From a virus, in IMG/VR virus record IMGVR_UViG_2974637116_000001: a stretch of DNA of 64,000 bases. One strand, written 5' to 3'. A program made the translations under genes and the position numbers. Of this stretch, positions 45,322 to 54,052 are shown piece after piece. Below the pieces are notes generated by a model that did no database searches, was not told the DNA's origin, and saw only the letters and a list, made by a program, of their open reading frames with translations. Within the stretch, counting starts at the first letter, position 1. Each line of letters begins with the position of its first letter.

Positions 45322-45986
45322 CAGTAATTTCACGTCCAACAATTGAAGTCCTTAAGAACTTCTGTTCTATTAACAAGTCTATTGTCATCAAACCTGGCAA
45401 CCAAGTTTCTACTCTGAGCATCAACAAGAACATTCTTGCTATTGCTGATGTTGAAGAATCGTTTGATTCTCAAATTTCTATTTACGATCTGGGTGTATTC
45501 TTAGGTGGTCTGTCTCTGTTCGACGCACCAAAAATTGATACTACTCAGTCTAATTACGTCACTGTGAGTGATCAGATTGGAAGGTCAAAGACTCGTTTCT
45601 TTTATGCAGACCCCGACATTATCACTCAACCTCCAGAGAAAGAGATTACACTTCCCTCTGTCGATTGTGATTTTGAACTGAGTGCAGATATTCTTCAGCA
45701 ACTTCAACGTGCTGCTGCTGTGTATCAACTACCAGACTTGTGTCTTTTTGGGCATGAAGGTTCTGTTCAAATTATGGTTACTGATAAAAAGAACGATACC
45801 TCTAATAGTTACTCTGTCGAACTTCCTAGTGCTGTAATTGGTGATGAGGAATTCTGCTTCTGCTTTAAGGTTGAGAACTTGAAACTACTTCCTGGTTCTT
45901 ATCATGTTATGATTAGTAAGAAGAATGTTGCTGAATTCCGAGGCAACGGCATCAAGTATTTTATTGCTCTCGAACCTAACAACTGA
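45318..45986 (+). CDS. gp45: Sliding clamp gp45
   Basis: 'LKNFCSINKSIVIKPG', 'IYDLGVFL', 'KVENLKLLPGSY', 'YFIALE'. Confidence 0.95.
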   Translation: MTVISRPTIEVLKNFCSINKSIVIKPGNQVSTLSINKNILAIADVEESFDSQISIYDLGVFLGGLSLFDAPKIDTTQSNYVTVSDQIGRSKTRFFYADPDIITQPPEKEITLPSVDCDFELSADILQQLQRAAAVYQLPDLCLFGHEGSVQIMVTDKKNDTSNSYSVELPSAVIGDEEFCFCFKVENLKLLPGSYHVMISKKNVAEFRGNGIKYFIALEPNN

Positions 45987-46927
45987 TGAATGATTTTTTA
46001 TGGGTAGAGAAGTATCGTCCTCAGACTGTTGAGGAATGTATTCTTCCTGCCAATGTGAAAGAAACCTTCCAGAGTTTCATTGACCAAGGTGAGATTCCTA
46101 ATCTTCTCCTTTCTGGCACTGCTGGCGTTGGTAAGACTACCATTGCTAAAGCACTATGTAAAGAATTGGGTGCTGACTACTATGTTATCAATGGATCTGA
46201 TGAAGGTAGATTCCTGGACACTGTACGCAATCAGGCAAAATCCTTTGCTTCTACTGTGTCTCTCACTGCTTCTGCTCGTCACAAAGTTCTTATCATTGAT
46301 GAGGCAGATAACACAACCCCAGATGTCCAACTTCTACTTCGTGCAAGTATCGAAGAGTTCCAAAAAAACTGTAGGTTCATATTCACTTGTAACTTCAAAA
46401 ACAAGATTATTGAACCACTACATAGTAGAACGACGGTTGTAGAGTTCAATGTCCGTGGACAAACAAAACAAGAACTTGCTGGTGCGTTTTTTAAAAGGTG
46501 TCAGGATATCCTCAGGCGCGAGGAGGTCTCCTTCGCTCCTAGAGTTCTTGCAGAAGTCGTCCAGAAATACTTCCCAGACTTCCGAAGAACTCTCAATGAG
46601 TTGCAGCGATATGCCAGCACAGGGTCTATCGACACTGGTATTCTGGCGGCGTTAGGTGATGCTAATCTAGATACTCTTGTAGCAGCATTGAAAGATAAAA
46701 AATTCAATGATGTTAAGAAGTGGGTAACACAAAATCTAGATGCTGACCCAACATCTATCATGCGTAAACTTTATGATAGTTTGTCCAATGTGATGGATGG
46801 TCCTAGTGTTGCTGCTGCTGTTTTAATTATTGCTGAGTATCAATATAAGTCTGCTTTTGTTGTAGATCAAGAAATCAATCTGCTCGCTTGTCTTACTCAA
46901 CTAATGCTGGAGTGTAATTTTAAATGA
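45986..46927 (+). CDS. gp44: Clamp loader large subunit gp44
   Basis: 'LWVEKYRP', 'GTAGVGKTT', 'IIDEAD', 'PLHSR'. Confidence 0.96.
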   Translation: MNDFLWVEKYRPQTVEECILPANVKETFQSFIDQGEIPNLLLSGTAGVGKTTIAKALCKELGADYYVINGSDEGRFLDTVRNQAKSFASTVSLTASARHKVLIIDEADNTTPDVQLLLRASIEEFQKNCRFIFTCNFKNKIIEPLHSRTTVVEFNVRGQTKQELAGAFFKRCQDILRREEVSFAPRVLAEVVQKYFPDFRRTLNELQRYASTGSIDTGILAALGDANLDTLVAALKDKKFNDVKKWVTQNLDADPTSIMRKLYDSLSNVMDGPSVAAAVLIIAEYQYKSAFVVDQEINLLACLTQLMLECNFK

Positions 46928-47217
46928 TTGATGTAAAACTGATTCGCCTTATCAGTGGTGAAGAAATTATTGCAGAAGTTACTGATTGGAGTAATGGTAT
47001 TCTTACTGTAAAGAATGCCTTGGTAGTCATTCCCCAACAAGGTCAGGTTGGATTTGCTCCATGGGCAACCGTCATTGATCCTGAGCATCCTGAAATTGCT
47101 CTTGATATGAAGCATGTAATTTATTCTGTTGAAGTTGCACCCGATGTAATCAGACAGTATTCTAAACTATTTGGTGGTCCTGATATTATTACTCCTGATA
47201 AGAAACTGATTCTATGA
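46924..47217 (+). CDS. Hypothetical Sm/SH3-like barrel protein (paralog 2)
   Basis: 'VKLIRLISGEEIIAEV', 'GFAPW'. Confidence 0.65.
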   Translation: MIDVKLIRLISGEEIIAEVTDWSNGILTVKNALVVIPQQGQVGFAPWATVIDPEHPEIALDMKHVIYSVEVAPDVIRQYSKLFGGPDIITPDKKLIL

Positions 47218-48041
47218 CATCGTTAAAGACACCTCTTCGTTATCCTGGTGGCAAGTCTCGTGCTACCAAAAAGATGGCAGAGTTCTTTCCACTATTCAAA
47301 GACTATACCGAGTTTCGGGAACCCTTTGTTGGTGGAGGTTCTGTTGCTCTTTATATCACTCAGATGTATCCTCACCTGGATATCTGGGTGAATGATTTGT
47401 ATGAACCATTATATAATTTCTGGAAAGAACTTCAGTATGATGGGCGCAAACTTCGTGATGAGTTGGTTCAACTTAAGAATCGTCATCCAGAACCTGTATC
47501 AGCAAAACTATTATTTCTAGATGCCAAGGAGAAAATAAACGATGATTCGATATCCAACCTATCTCGTGCTGTTAGTTTTTACATTGTTAATAAGTGCTCT
47601 TTCTCTGGTCTCACTGAGTCCAGTTCCTTCAGCAAACAGGCGTCAGAGTCTAACTTTAGTATGCGAGGAATTGACAAACTCCCTTACTACGGAGAACTTA
47701 TCCAAGACTGGAGAATTACTAATCTGTCATACGAAGAACTTCTAACTGACAAGAAGGAATCATTTGTATATCTTGATCCTCCTTATGAGATTAAGTCTAA
47801 TCTCTATGGTAGGAAAGGTGGGATGCATAAAGGATTTGACCATGATGAGTTTTTCTTTGCATGCGATAGACATGTCTGTGACCAGATGGTATCATATAAT
47901 TCTTCTAATCTAATCAAGTCTCGATTCATAGATTGGAAACCATATGAGTATGACCATACTTATACTATGCGTTCAGTTGGAGAATATATGAAGGACCAGC
48001 AACAACGTAAAGAACTACTTCTTTTAAATTATGTCGTATGA
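47214..48041 (+). CDS. dam: DNA adenine methyltransferase (Dam / D12 class)
   Basis: 'LRYPGGKS', 'EPFVGGGS', catalytic 'YLDPPY'. Confidence 0.92.
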   Translation: MTSLKTPLRYPGGKSRATKKMAEFFPLFKDYTEFREPFVGGGSVALYITQMYPHLDIWVNDLYEPLYNFWKELQYDGRKLRDELVQLKNRHPEPVSAKLLFLDAKEKINDDSISNLSRAVSFYIVNKCSFSGLTESSSFSKQASESNFSMRGIDKLPYYGELIQDWRITNLSYEELLTDKKESFVYLDPPYEIKSNLYGRKGGMHKGFDHDEFFFACDRHVCDQMVSYNSSNLIKSRFIDWKPYEYDHTYTMRSVGEYMKDQQQRKELLLLNYVV

Positions 48042-48435
48042 TGAAAGGTATCCTCTTAAGGATTATCTAAACACTATCAATCTTACCAAAAAGAACTTGT
48101 TGCAAGGTGAGGATCCTGCATGGGAAAAAAATTATCCTCCATATATTATTAATAAATGTATGTCGCATCACATGGATACTGTGATGCTTTCTAATGAGAT
48201 GAATCAATATTCAAACTTGGATAAAAAATTACAGTATGATTTCTTTATAAATACCGTCAGGTCCCGTAAGAGATTTTCTCCTTGGGGTAAAAAAGAAAAG
48301 GTGAAGGATATTGAACTTGTTAAAGAGTTCTATGGTTATTCAACCGAGAAAGCAATTCAAGCACTCAGGATTCTTACCGAAAACCAACTTATGGTTATTA
48401 AAGATAAATTGAATAAAGGTGGTAAGAAACGATGA
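48031..48435 (+). CDS. gp62: Clamp loader small subunit gp62
   Basis: 'YPPYIINK', 'QYDFFINTVR.RKRFSPW', 'YGYSTEKA'. Confidence 0.92.
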   Translation: MSYDERYPLKDYLNTINLTKKNLLQGEDPAWEKNYPPYIINKCMSHHMDTVMLSNEMNQYSNLDKKLQYDFFINTVRSRKRFSPWGKKEKVKDIELVKEFYGYSTEKAIQALRILTENQLMVIKDKLNKGGKKR

Positions 48436-48860
48436 ATGAACCCAAAGAAGTTCAATGGACAAAAGCAGATATGGTAGAAGTGAATTTGAAGGAACCTGAT
48501 GACTTCCTGAAAGTTCGTGAAACTCTTACTCGTATTGGTGTTGCTTCTAGAAAGGAGAGAAAATTATTTCAGTCCTGTCATATCTTACATAAGAAAGGTC
48601 AATATTATATTGTACACTTCAAAGAATTATTTGCACTTGATGGTAAGAAAGCAAATTTATCTGAGAACGATGTGCAAAGACGCAATCGTATTATTAAACT
48701 ACTATCTGATTGGGGTCTAGTAGAGATTGTAAAAGAAGATGTTGTGACAGATGCAGCACCACTTAGTCAGATCAAAGTTATTGCATATAAAGAAAAGGGT
48801 GAATGGGCACTTGAGTCTAAGTATAATATTGGTAAGAAAAGACCACCTACAGAATCCTAA
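48432..48860 (+). CDS. regA: Translational repressor RegA
   Basis: 'DDFLKVRETLTRIGVAS', 'QSCHILHK', 'HFKELFALDG'. Confidence 0.97.
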   Translation: MNEPKEVQWTKADMVEVNLKEPDDFLKVRETLTRIGVASRKERKLFQSCHILHKKGQYYIVHFKELFALDGKKANLSENDVQRRNRIIKLLSDWGLVEIVKEDVVTDAAPLSQIKVIAYKEKGEWALESKYNIGKKRPPTES

Positions 48861-48863
48861 ATA
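48857..48863 (+). promoter_or_regulatory. Late promoter for the membrane-protein cluster
   Basis: CTAAATA about 22 nt before the ATG at 48885. Confidence 0.65.
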
Positions 48864-48884
48864 GAGCTGCCTAACTCTTTACTT

Positions 48885-49178
48885 ATGGATAACCCAAAGA
48901 AAGAGGAAGCCAAAACGGAAAATAAATTTGAGTGGGCGGATGAGGGTGTATCAACTCTCGTCCGAGTTATTATTCTTGGTTGGTCAGCAGCAATTCTGAC
49001 TCTTAATTATGTAACTGTTCCTGGCGTTCCTCAAAAAAACATCGATCCAACTTTTATTGCCAGTGTGTTCACTGGAACTTTAGCTACGTTCGGGGTCATG
49101 CCTTCTAAGAAAAAGAAGGATGATGAAGAACCAAAACAAGCACCTACAGTGGAGAAGAAAGATGCAAAAAATGATTAA
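48885..49178 (+). CDS. Small two-TM membrane protein (97 aa)
   Basis: Two hydrophobic segments flanked by charged termini, with a basic 'KKKKDDEE' tail. Confidence 0.7.
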   Translation: MDNPKKEEAKTENKFEWADEGVSTLVRVIILGWSAAILTLNYVTVPGVPQKNIDPTFIASVFTGTLATFGVMPSKKKKDDEEPKQAPTVEKKDAKND

Positions 49179-49395
49179 TGGTGTCGCATTATTATCTGGT
49201 CTAGTTTCTTTATCTATCGTAGGGGGTGGTGCTTATCTATACACACAAAAGGATGCACTCATTGAGAGTGCTACAGCAGCAGCAACAAAGGCAGCAACCG
49301 AAGCAGTAACTAGTGCCCTTCCTGGGATGCTAGACGCTGCAATGCCAGAAGTACCTGAACTGCCTGGTGCAACTGGTGGCGCATTGCCATTCTAA
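49162..49395 (+). CDS. Signal-anchored membrane protein (77 aa)
   Basis: MQKMINGVALLSGLVSLSIVGGGAYLY..., then an Ala/Pro-rich region. Confidence 0.7.
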   Translation: MQKMINGVALLSGLVSLSIVGGGAYLYTQKDALIESATAAATKAATEAVTSALPGMLDAAMPEVPELPGATGGALPF

Positions 49396-49397
49396 TC

Positions 49398-50042
49398 ATG
49401 GATATATTTAATCCTAAGAAAAAAGAGACCGAGCAAGTTACCGAGCAAGTCACCGTGCAAGTACCGAGCAAGTCGCCCGTCAAGGGTATTGCACTTGCAC
49501 TAGGAGCATTGGTTGGTATTTCTCATATTGGACTTTTAGGATATGTGGTCAGGGACAATACTCCTAAACTGAGAGAAGTCCCTACTATCAATATTCCTAG
49601 AGGAGACTATTCATCCTATACTATCAAAGCAGGTAAGGATGGATATGAGATTGAATACCGAGCAAACGATCCTGCTATCTTAGAATCACAGAGGTCATTA
49701 TCTTCTGATGTTAATAAGAAAGGATTCTTTGGTGGTGGCACTGAGTCTCGTCGTGAGTGGCGTGTTGACCAGTTCACTATGGACGGCACACGCAACCTAG
49801 GAGGTGCCGTAGAAGACGGCGAGGGAAAGTCTGCGAAAGATATAGAGTGCATCGTGGCGGACGCTGGAGCACGGTCTCAAGGTGCAATGGCAGGTAGTGC
49901 CCTTGCTGCTGGTGTTGCTGTTCCTGCCCTTGCTAGCATCCCCTACGTGGGTTGGTTAGCAGGTGGATGGGCATTGCTACTAGGACAGAAAGCAGGGTCG
50001 AGTCTTGGATCTCAAGTTGGTAGTGTATTTAATGACTGCTGA
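49398..50042 (+). CDS. Membrane protein with a C-terminal glycine zipper (214 aa)
   Basis: N-terminal TM 'GIALALGALVGISHIGLLGY'; C-terminal 'GAMAGSALAAG...AGSSLGSQVG'. Confidence 0.7.
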   Translation: MDIFNPKKKETEQVTEQVTVQVPSKSPVKGIALALGALVGISHIGLLGYVVRDNTPKLREVPTINIPRGDYSSYTIKAGKDGYEIEYRANDPAILESQRSLSSDVNKKGFFGGGTESRREWRVDQFTMDGTRNLGGAVEDGEGKSAKDIECIVADAGARSQGAMAGSALAAGVAVPALASIPYVGWLAGGWALLLGQKAGSSLGSQVGSVFNDC

Positions 50043-50830
50043 TGGACATTCAGAGAATAGGGACGAGTAAAATTACAGTAGGTAAACTAAACATACCTGA
50101 GGTTAGGACATATCCAGAACCTGTAACCTCACAGTTTAGTGCTCCACCTGTCACTGTTAATATAGGACTCCCTATTGTCAATATACCAGGATGCGTTGAA
50201 GCAAACTCTGCTAATAATAAAAACGAAAGTTTATTAATAGATGATGATCCTGTAATTATTTGTGATGCTGGAACTCCTAGTTTCAATCCAATTAACTACG
50301 AACCAAATCAAATGGTTATGACTGGACCACCACCAGTGAATCCAGTTAAACCTAAGAAAGAAGCAACAGATACAAAAGCACCAGGTACACCACCACCGCC
50401 ACCTACTCCACCACCACCAAACATTCAGTGTCCTACTCAAGAACAGTTATCTAAAGAACCCGTGGGGTTCCTGTTTGATGGTGGACGCAAAGAAGTATTA
50501 GGATACAAGTTGGTTGGAGACCAATGTATCCGAGAGGTAGGTGATGTACCTATCATTACACAAGTAATAAATGGATTACCCCCAACTGGTGTTGTGATCA
50601 CCACTGGGGGTATTGCTGTAGTTGCTACTACATCAGCATTGCTTGCTAAACCATTTGCTGACATTCTTCTGAAGGTAATCAAACCTACAGTGAAGAAAGT
50701 TATTAAAAAGATTGCTGCTATCCGTGGTAAGAAAGTTAAGGTCTTGTCTCTAAGGGAGCGCCAAGTAGAGCAGCGTCATCGGAATCAGGCAATACGGGTA
50801 TTGAAGTCGGCACTGAAACCGAAGGGATAG
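50042..50830 (+). CDS. Pro-rich protein with a C-terminal TM and basic tail (262 aa)
   Basis: 'TPPPPPTPPPP', several Cys, hydrophobic 'GVVITTGGIAVVATTSALLA', then a K/R-rich end. Confidence 0.7.
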   Translation: MDIQRIGTSKITVGKLNIPEVRTYPEPVTSQFSAPPVTVNIGLPIVNIPGCVEANSANNKNESLLIDDDPVIICDAGTPSFNPINYEPNQMVMTGPPPVNPVKPKKEATDTKAPGTPPPPPTPPPPNIQCPTQEQLSKEPVGFLFDGGRKEVLGYKLVGDQCIREVGDVPIITQVINGLPPTGVVITTGGIAVVATTSALLAKPFADILLKVIKPTVKKVIKKIAAIRGKKVKVLSLRERQVEQRHRNQAIRVLKSALKPKG

Positions 50831-51632
50831 AGTGACGATGTTGCTTGACAGTAGTTACATTTTGCACCACAACGTCAGCACATATTTTATAGTAAGGACT
50901 TCTGGGGTGGAAACTGATTCCTTCTTTCATTAGATTTCCACAATTCTTAAGACGAGCAATCTCAAAATCCAATCTTTTATTGGCAGTCAGTTGTTTCATC
51001 ATCTCAATGTTAGAAGTTGCTGCTTCTTTACAAAGGTCTTGCAGTTTCTTATCAGTGGGTGTGCTCCATGTCATAGAGAAACCTACACCCAGACTGTAGT
51101 TATCTTTCTGTCCTGTTCTAGTCTTTTTGTAGAAACTTATATCACCAGGATTATCTAAGATACCATCTCCCATTGGATTCCCGTCAGAATCGTAGGCACC
51201 AAAGTTATCGGTGACATCGTATACTGGATCGTCGTAATAGTCTTCGTATGGTTTAGAAGCAGAGACACTTCCTGTTACATACGGTGTGAAATTGCGAGTG
51301 GGACCTTGACATTGTATACCTCCACCGTAGGTATTTGTAATGTATGGTCCCTGTAAAACCTGAATAGCTTGGTTTGTAACGGAGCCTGAACTATTAGCGA
51401 CAGGATTAGCAGTAGCAGACACACCACCAACAGTTTCAGCATAAGAAGGATTAGCGAATAATAAAGTTACTGCGAGAAGATACTTGTAGTGTCGGTTATG
51501 CTTGTAACCTCGGTTGTTCTCTGGATAATCGTTTGGTTGCTTAAACCAGGTCCGCTGTAAGTTTCTGTGAACTGAAACGCTCCTCCTGGTGTCGTCTGTG
51601 TGTATGTCGGTTTGCTTGTTACACCCGTCCAT
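50736..51632 (-). CDS. Exported hypothetical protein; start uncertain
   Basis: Signal peptide 'KYLLAVTLLFANPSYA|ETVGG' begins near 51485. The only upstream in-frame canonical start is the ATG at 51632, inside the previous gene. Confidence 0.7.
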   Translation of the reverse strand: MDGCNKQTDIHTDDTRRSVSVHRNLQRTWFKQPNDYPENNRGYKHNRHYKYLLAVTLLFANPSYAETVGGVSATANPVANSSGSVTNQAIQVLQGPYITNTYGGGIQCQGPTRNFTPYVTGSVSASKPYEDYYDDPVYDVTDNFGAYDSDGNPMGDGILDNPGDISFYKKTRTGQKDNYSLGVGFSMTWSTPTDKKLQDLCKEAATSNIEMMKQLTANKRLDFEIARLKNCGNLMKEGISFHPRSPYYKICADVVVQNVTTVKQHRHSIPSVSVPTSIPVLPDSDDAALLGAPLETRP

Positions 51633-51904
51633 GATGATGTCACTCCGTCAATAGTTACATTAGTTGCACCAACACCTGGTGAGAGGTTGCCCGATGCATT
51701 GACACCAGAACCAGTAGCAGAATACTGATACCCAGTGTTATAGTCCATGCTATTTATTGTCTCAGTTATGGTCTGAGTTGTCTCCGTTCTTGATGTCATA
51801 CTTCCCTGAGTGAAGTTTGGGACCACGGGGACCGCCAGGGCAGGAACAAGTGTGACACTTGCACCCACCACAGCAAGGGCAGACCAACGAATCATCTTGA
51901 TCAT
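51467..51904 (-). CDS. Exported Thr-rich beta protein (145 aa)
   Basis: AGGAG RBS; signal peptide '...VPALA|VPVVPNF'. Confidence 0.75.
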   Translation of the reverse strand: MIKMIRWSALAVVGASVTLVPALAVPVVPNFTQGSMTSRTETTQTITETINSMDYNTGYQYSATGSGVNASGNLSPGVGATNVTIDGVTSSWTGVTSKPTYTQTTPGGAFQFTETYSGPGLSNQTIIQRTTEVTSITDTTSIFSQ

Positions 51905-51915
51905 TGCTCCTATCC

Positions 51916-52419
51916 TCAGTCAATTACAGTGATCTCAGCTACATATTGGCCAGTTGCAGTCGTGCCAGCACCACCAGCAGTCACGGTGAGAAGACCTGCA
52001 GAGGTGACTGTACCTGCTAATGTACCTGCTGAACCAGCAGTATAAGAAGTGGTATTGGAGAAGTTAGGAACATCTCCTACAGTAGGAGCAGCAGTTGGGA
52101 TTGCATCACCTTGAGTATAAGACTGAGAGAATGTGAAAGCAGATTCTGCAGTTCCTTGGACTGCTTCAATAGTACCAGGAGAATAAATTCCATTGGTAAT
52201 AGTGCCAGTAGAAACAGCATCTGCTGTGGTGCCATCAGTAGTGCCGATGTTTGTTCCTGAGATACTAAATGAGGAACCAATTCTCGTTGCCTGAGTTCTA
52301 GCAGCATCAACCGTCAGTTGAACACTAGCGGAATGTGAACTCACCAATCCACCTGCATTTGCTGCACTTGCAGTCACTAATAGCATAACGATAGGTAAAA
52401 ATTTAGTCATTTTTTCCAT
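51916..52419 (-). CDS. Exported Thr/Gly/Ala-rich beta protein (167 aa)
   Basis: Signal peptide 'MTKFLPIVMLLVTASAANA|GG'; ends in the beta-strand 'GQYVAEITVID'. Confidence 0.75.
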   Translation of the reverse strand: MEKMTKFLPIVMLLVTASAANAGGLVSSHSASVQLTVDAARTQATRIGSSFSISGTNIGTTDGTTADAVSTGTITNGIYSPGTIEAVQGTAESAFTFSQSYTQGDAIPTAAPTVGDVPNFSNTTSYTAGSAGTLAGTVTSAGLLTVTAGGAGTTATGQYVAEITVID

Positions 52420-52503
52420 CGAGTTTTGTCTAATACTATGTAGGTGAGGTATTCCTTACATAGAGGTTCGGGATATTACACAATGCATTAAACTATAGAC
52501 TTG

Positions 52504-52532
52504 TTAAATAATATTGGTTGCCTTCGGGGACC
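52504..52532 (+). promoter_or_regulatory. Late promoter plus 5' cUUCGg hairpin of the hsp20 leader
   Basis: TTAAATA (52504-10), then GGTTGCC-TTCG-GGGACC (52516-32). Confidence 0.6.
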
Positions 52533-52567
52533 ACACAACAAACTCGCTTTAATTAGGAGCATAACAA

Positions 52568-53062
52568 ATGACGGGACTTAGAAAGTTCACGACGAAAGAT
52601 CTTAATGCAGTGGTAGATGCTGCAGAAAAATACTCAGTAGGATTCGATGATCTGTTTTACAGACTACATTCCTACGGGATGGGAAGTGTTAATGAAGCAT
52701 ATCCTCCATACAATATTGTACAAGAATCTAATATTAAATGGAGAATTGAATTAGCACTGGCAGGGTGGGCACCAGAGGAAGTTGAAGTTACTACTGAGAG
52801 TAATGTTCTTTTAATCAGATCGATTGCACCAAAGAATAAAGGTGAGGAGGAATATGTACATAGAGGCATCTCCACTCGCACTTTTGCTAGAGGGTTTAAT
52901 CTTTCAGATGATGTAGAAATCGGCACAGTCAGTTTTAATAATGGGTTGCTTGTGGTAGAATTACGGAAGATCATTCCTGAGCATCAGCAATTAAAGGTTT
53001 ATGAAATCCAAAGTTCTCAACTACCTGAAAGTGATAGTGTGCCATCCAGCGACACACTATAA
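52568..53062 (+). CDS. hsp20: Small heat-shock protein
   Basis: 'YPPYNI', 'IELALAG', 'YVHRGISTRTFARGF', 'NGLLVVEL'. Confidence 0.95.
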   Translation: MTGLRKFTTKDLNAVVDAAEKYSVGFDDLFYRLHSYGMGSVNEAYPPYNIVQESNIKWRIELALAGWAPEEVEVTTESNVLLIRSIAPKNKGEEEYVHRGISTRTFARGFNLSDDVEIGTVSFNNGLLVVELRKIIPEHQQLKVYEIQSSQLPESDSVPSSDTL

Positions 53063-53222
53063 TCTGATTACTATTGGAATTCTGATTACAATAGGAGCAT
53101 TACATAACCATGCTCACTTCACAATGACTAAGGATGCAGATGCTTATGTTAGACAGTGGTGTAGATCATCAGCAGAAAATAAAAAGACCTGTATCCGTTA
53201 TGGTGGAAACATGGACTACTAA
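53001..53222 (+). CDS. Small membrane protein (73 aa)
   Basis: Hydrophobic 'NLITIGILITIGALH'; followed by a terminator. Confidence 0.55.
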   Translation: MKSKVLNYLKVIVCHPATHYNLITIGILITIGALHNHAHFTMTKDADAYVRQWCRSSAENKKTCIRYGGNMDY

Positions 53223-53244
53223 TCAACCTATATAATTTACAACC

Positions 53245-53276
53245 AAAGAGACTACCTGATAGGGGGTCTCTTTTTT
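53245..53276 (+). terminator. Rho-independent terminator, possibly bidirectional
   Basis: AAAGAGAC..CCT-GAT-AGG..GTCTCTTTTTT. Confidence 0.75.
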
Positions 53277-53289
53277 GTATGGGGAAATT

Positions 53290-53817
53290 ATGAATTTTTT
53301 AGACTATGCACGTTTGTATGACATTGAAAATGAAGCACTATGTGATTCTTTAGTTAAAGAATATTCTTCTAACGATTGGGAAGACCATCGGTGGGGACAT
53401 AATGATGGTGAAACTCATCACACAGAAGATGATAATACTGAAATTTTATTTCCTGAAAATCAAATTATATTTGATATTTGTGGTAAAGTATTTGCTGATT
53501 ATTCTCGTCACTTCGACATTGGATTGGTTGACCATACTCATGCAAGATTGAGCAAGTATAGAGAAGGAGCATATCTTCGTCCTCACACAGATCATATTAA
53601 AGATATGTTTGATGGAGAACGTAAAGGTATTCCTATTTGTACAGTTGTTGGATTGTTGAATGGTGATTTTGAAGGCGGAGAGTTCTTTCTTTGTGGTGAA
53701 GATATGGAACTAGAAAGGGGACACGTTATTGTATTTCCTTCCATCTTCATGTATCCTCATGAAGTTAAAAGAGTGACAAAGGGCACTCGCTACTCATTTG
53801 TATCGTGGGCATGGTAA
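53290..53817 (+). CDS. 2OG-Fe(II) oxygenase (prolyl-hydroxylase-like)
   Basis: 'PHTDH', 'FEGGEF', 'VFPSIFMYPHEVKRV..GTRYSFVSW'. Confidence 0.88.
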   Translation: MNFLDYARLYDIENEALCDSLVKEYSSNDWEDHRWGHNDGETHHTEDDNTEILFPENQIIFDICGKVFADYSRHFDIGLVDHTHARLSKYREGAYLRPHTDHIKDMFDGERKGIPICTVVGLLNGDFEGGEFFLCGEDMELERGHVIVFPSIFMYPHEVKRVTKGTRYSFVSWAW

Positions 53818-53818
53818 C

Positions 53819-54052
53819 ATGAATGTTTATCTAAATTTAAAACCAAATAATTATGACGGTGATTCGGATCTCTTGACAGTAGAGGTTCCTGCATCTTATA
53901 CTGAAGAACTTCTGCGATATGTCAGACCTATTGCAGAACAAAAGAATACTACCGAAGATAAAATCCTTAAGGATATTATCAAAGAATCTATTTTAGAAAT
54001 TGAAAGGAGGAATTATGAGCGTAAGAATCGTTCGACTAAAAAGCGGAGATGA
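53819..54052 (+). CDS. Hypothetical protein (77 aa)
   Basis: ATG just after the oxygenase stop codon. Confidence 0.6.
   Translation: MNVYLNLKPNNYDGDSDLLTVEVPASYTEELLRYVRPIAEQKNTTEDKILKDIIKESILEIERRNYERKNRSTKKRR

Noticed and set aside
52460-52480. 'GGTTCG' as a tRNA T-loop
   Set aside because: No cloverleaf, acceptor stem or anticodon arm can be formed.
53001-53062. hsp20 C-terminal extension (SSQLPESDSVPSSDTL) as a new domain
   Set aside because: It is simply the overlap with the next gene's start and is low-information sequence.
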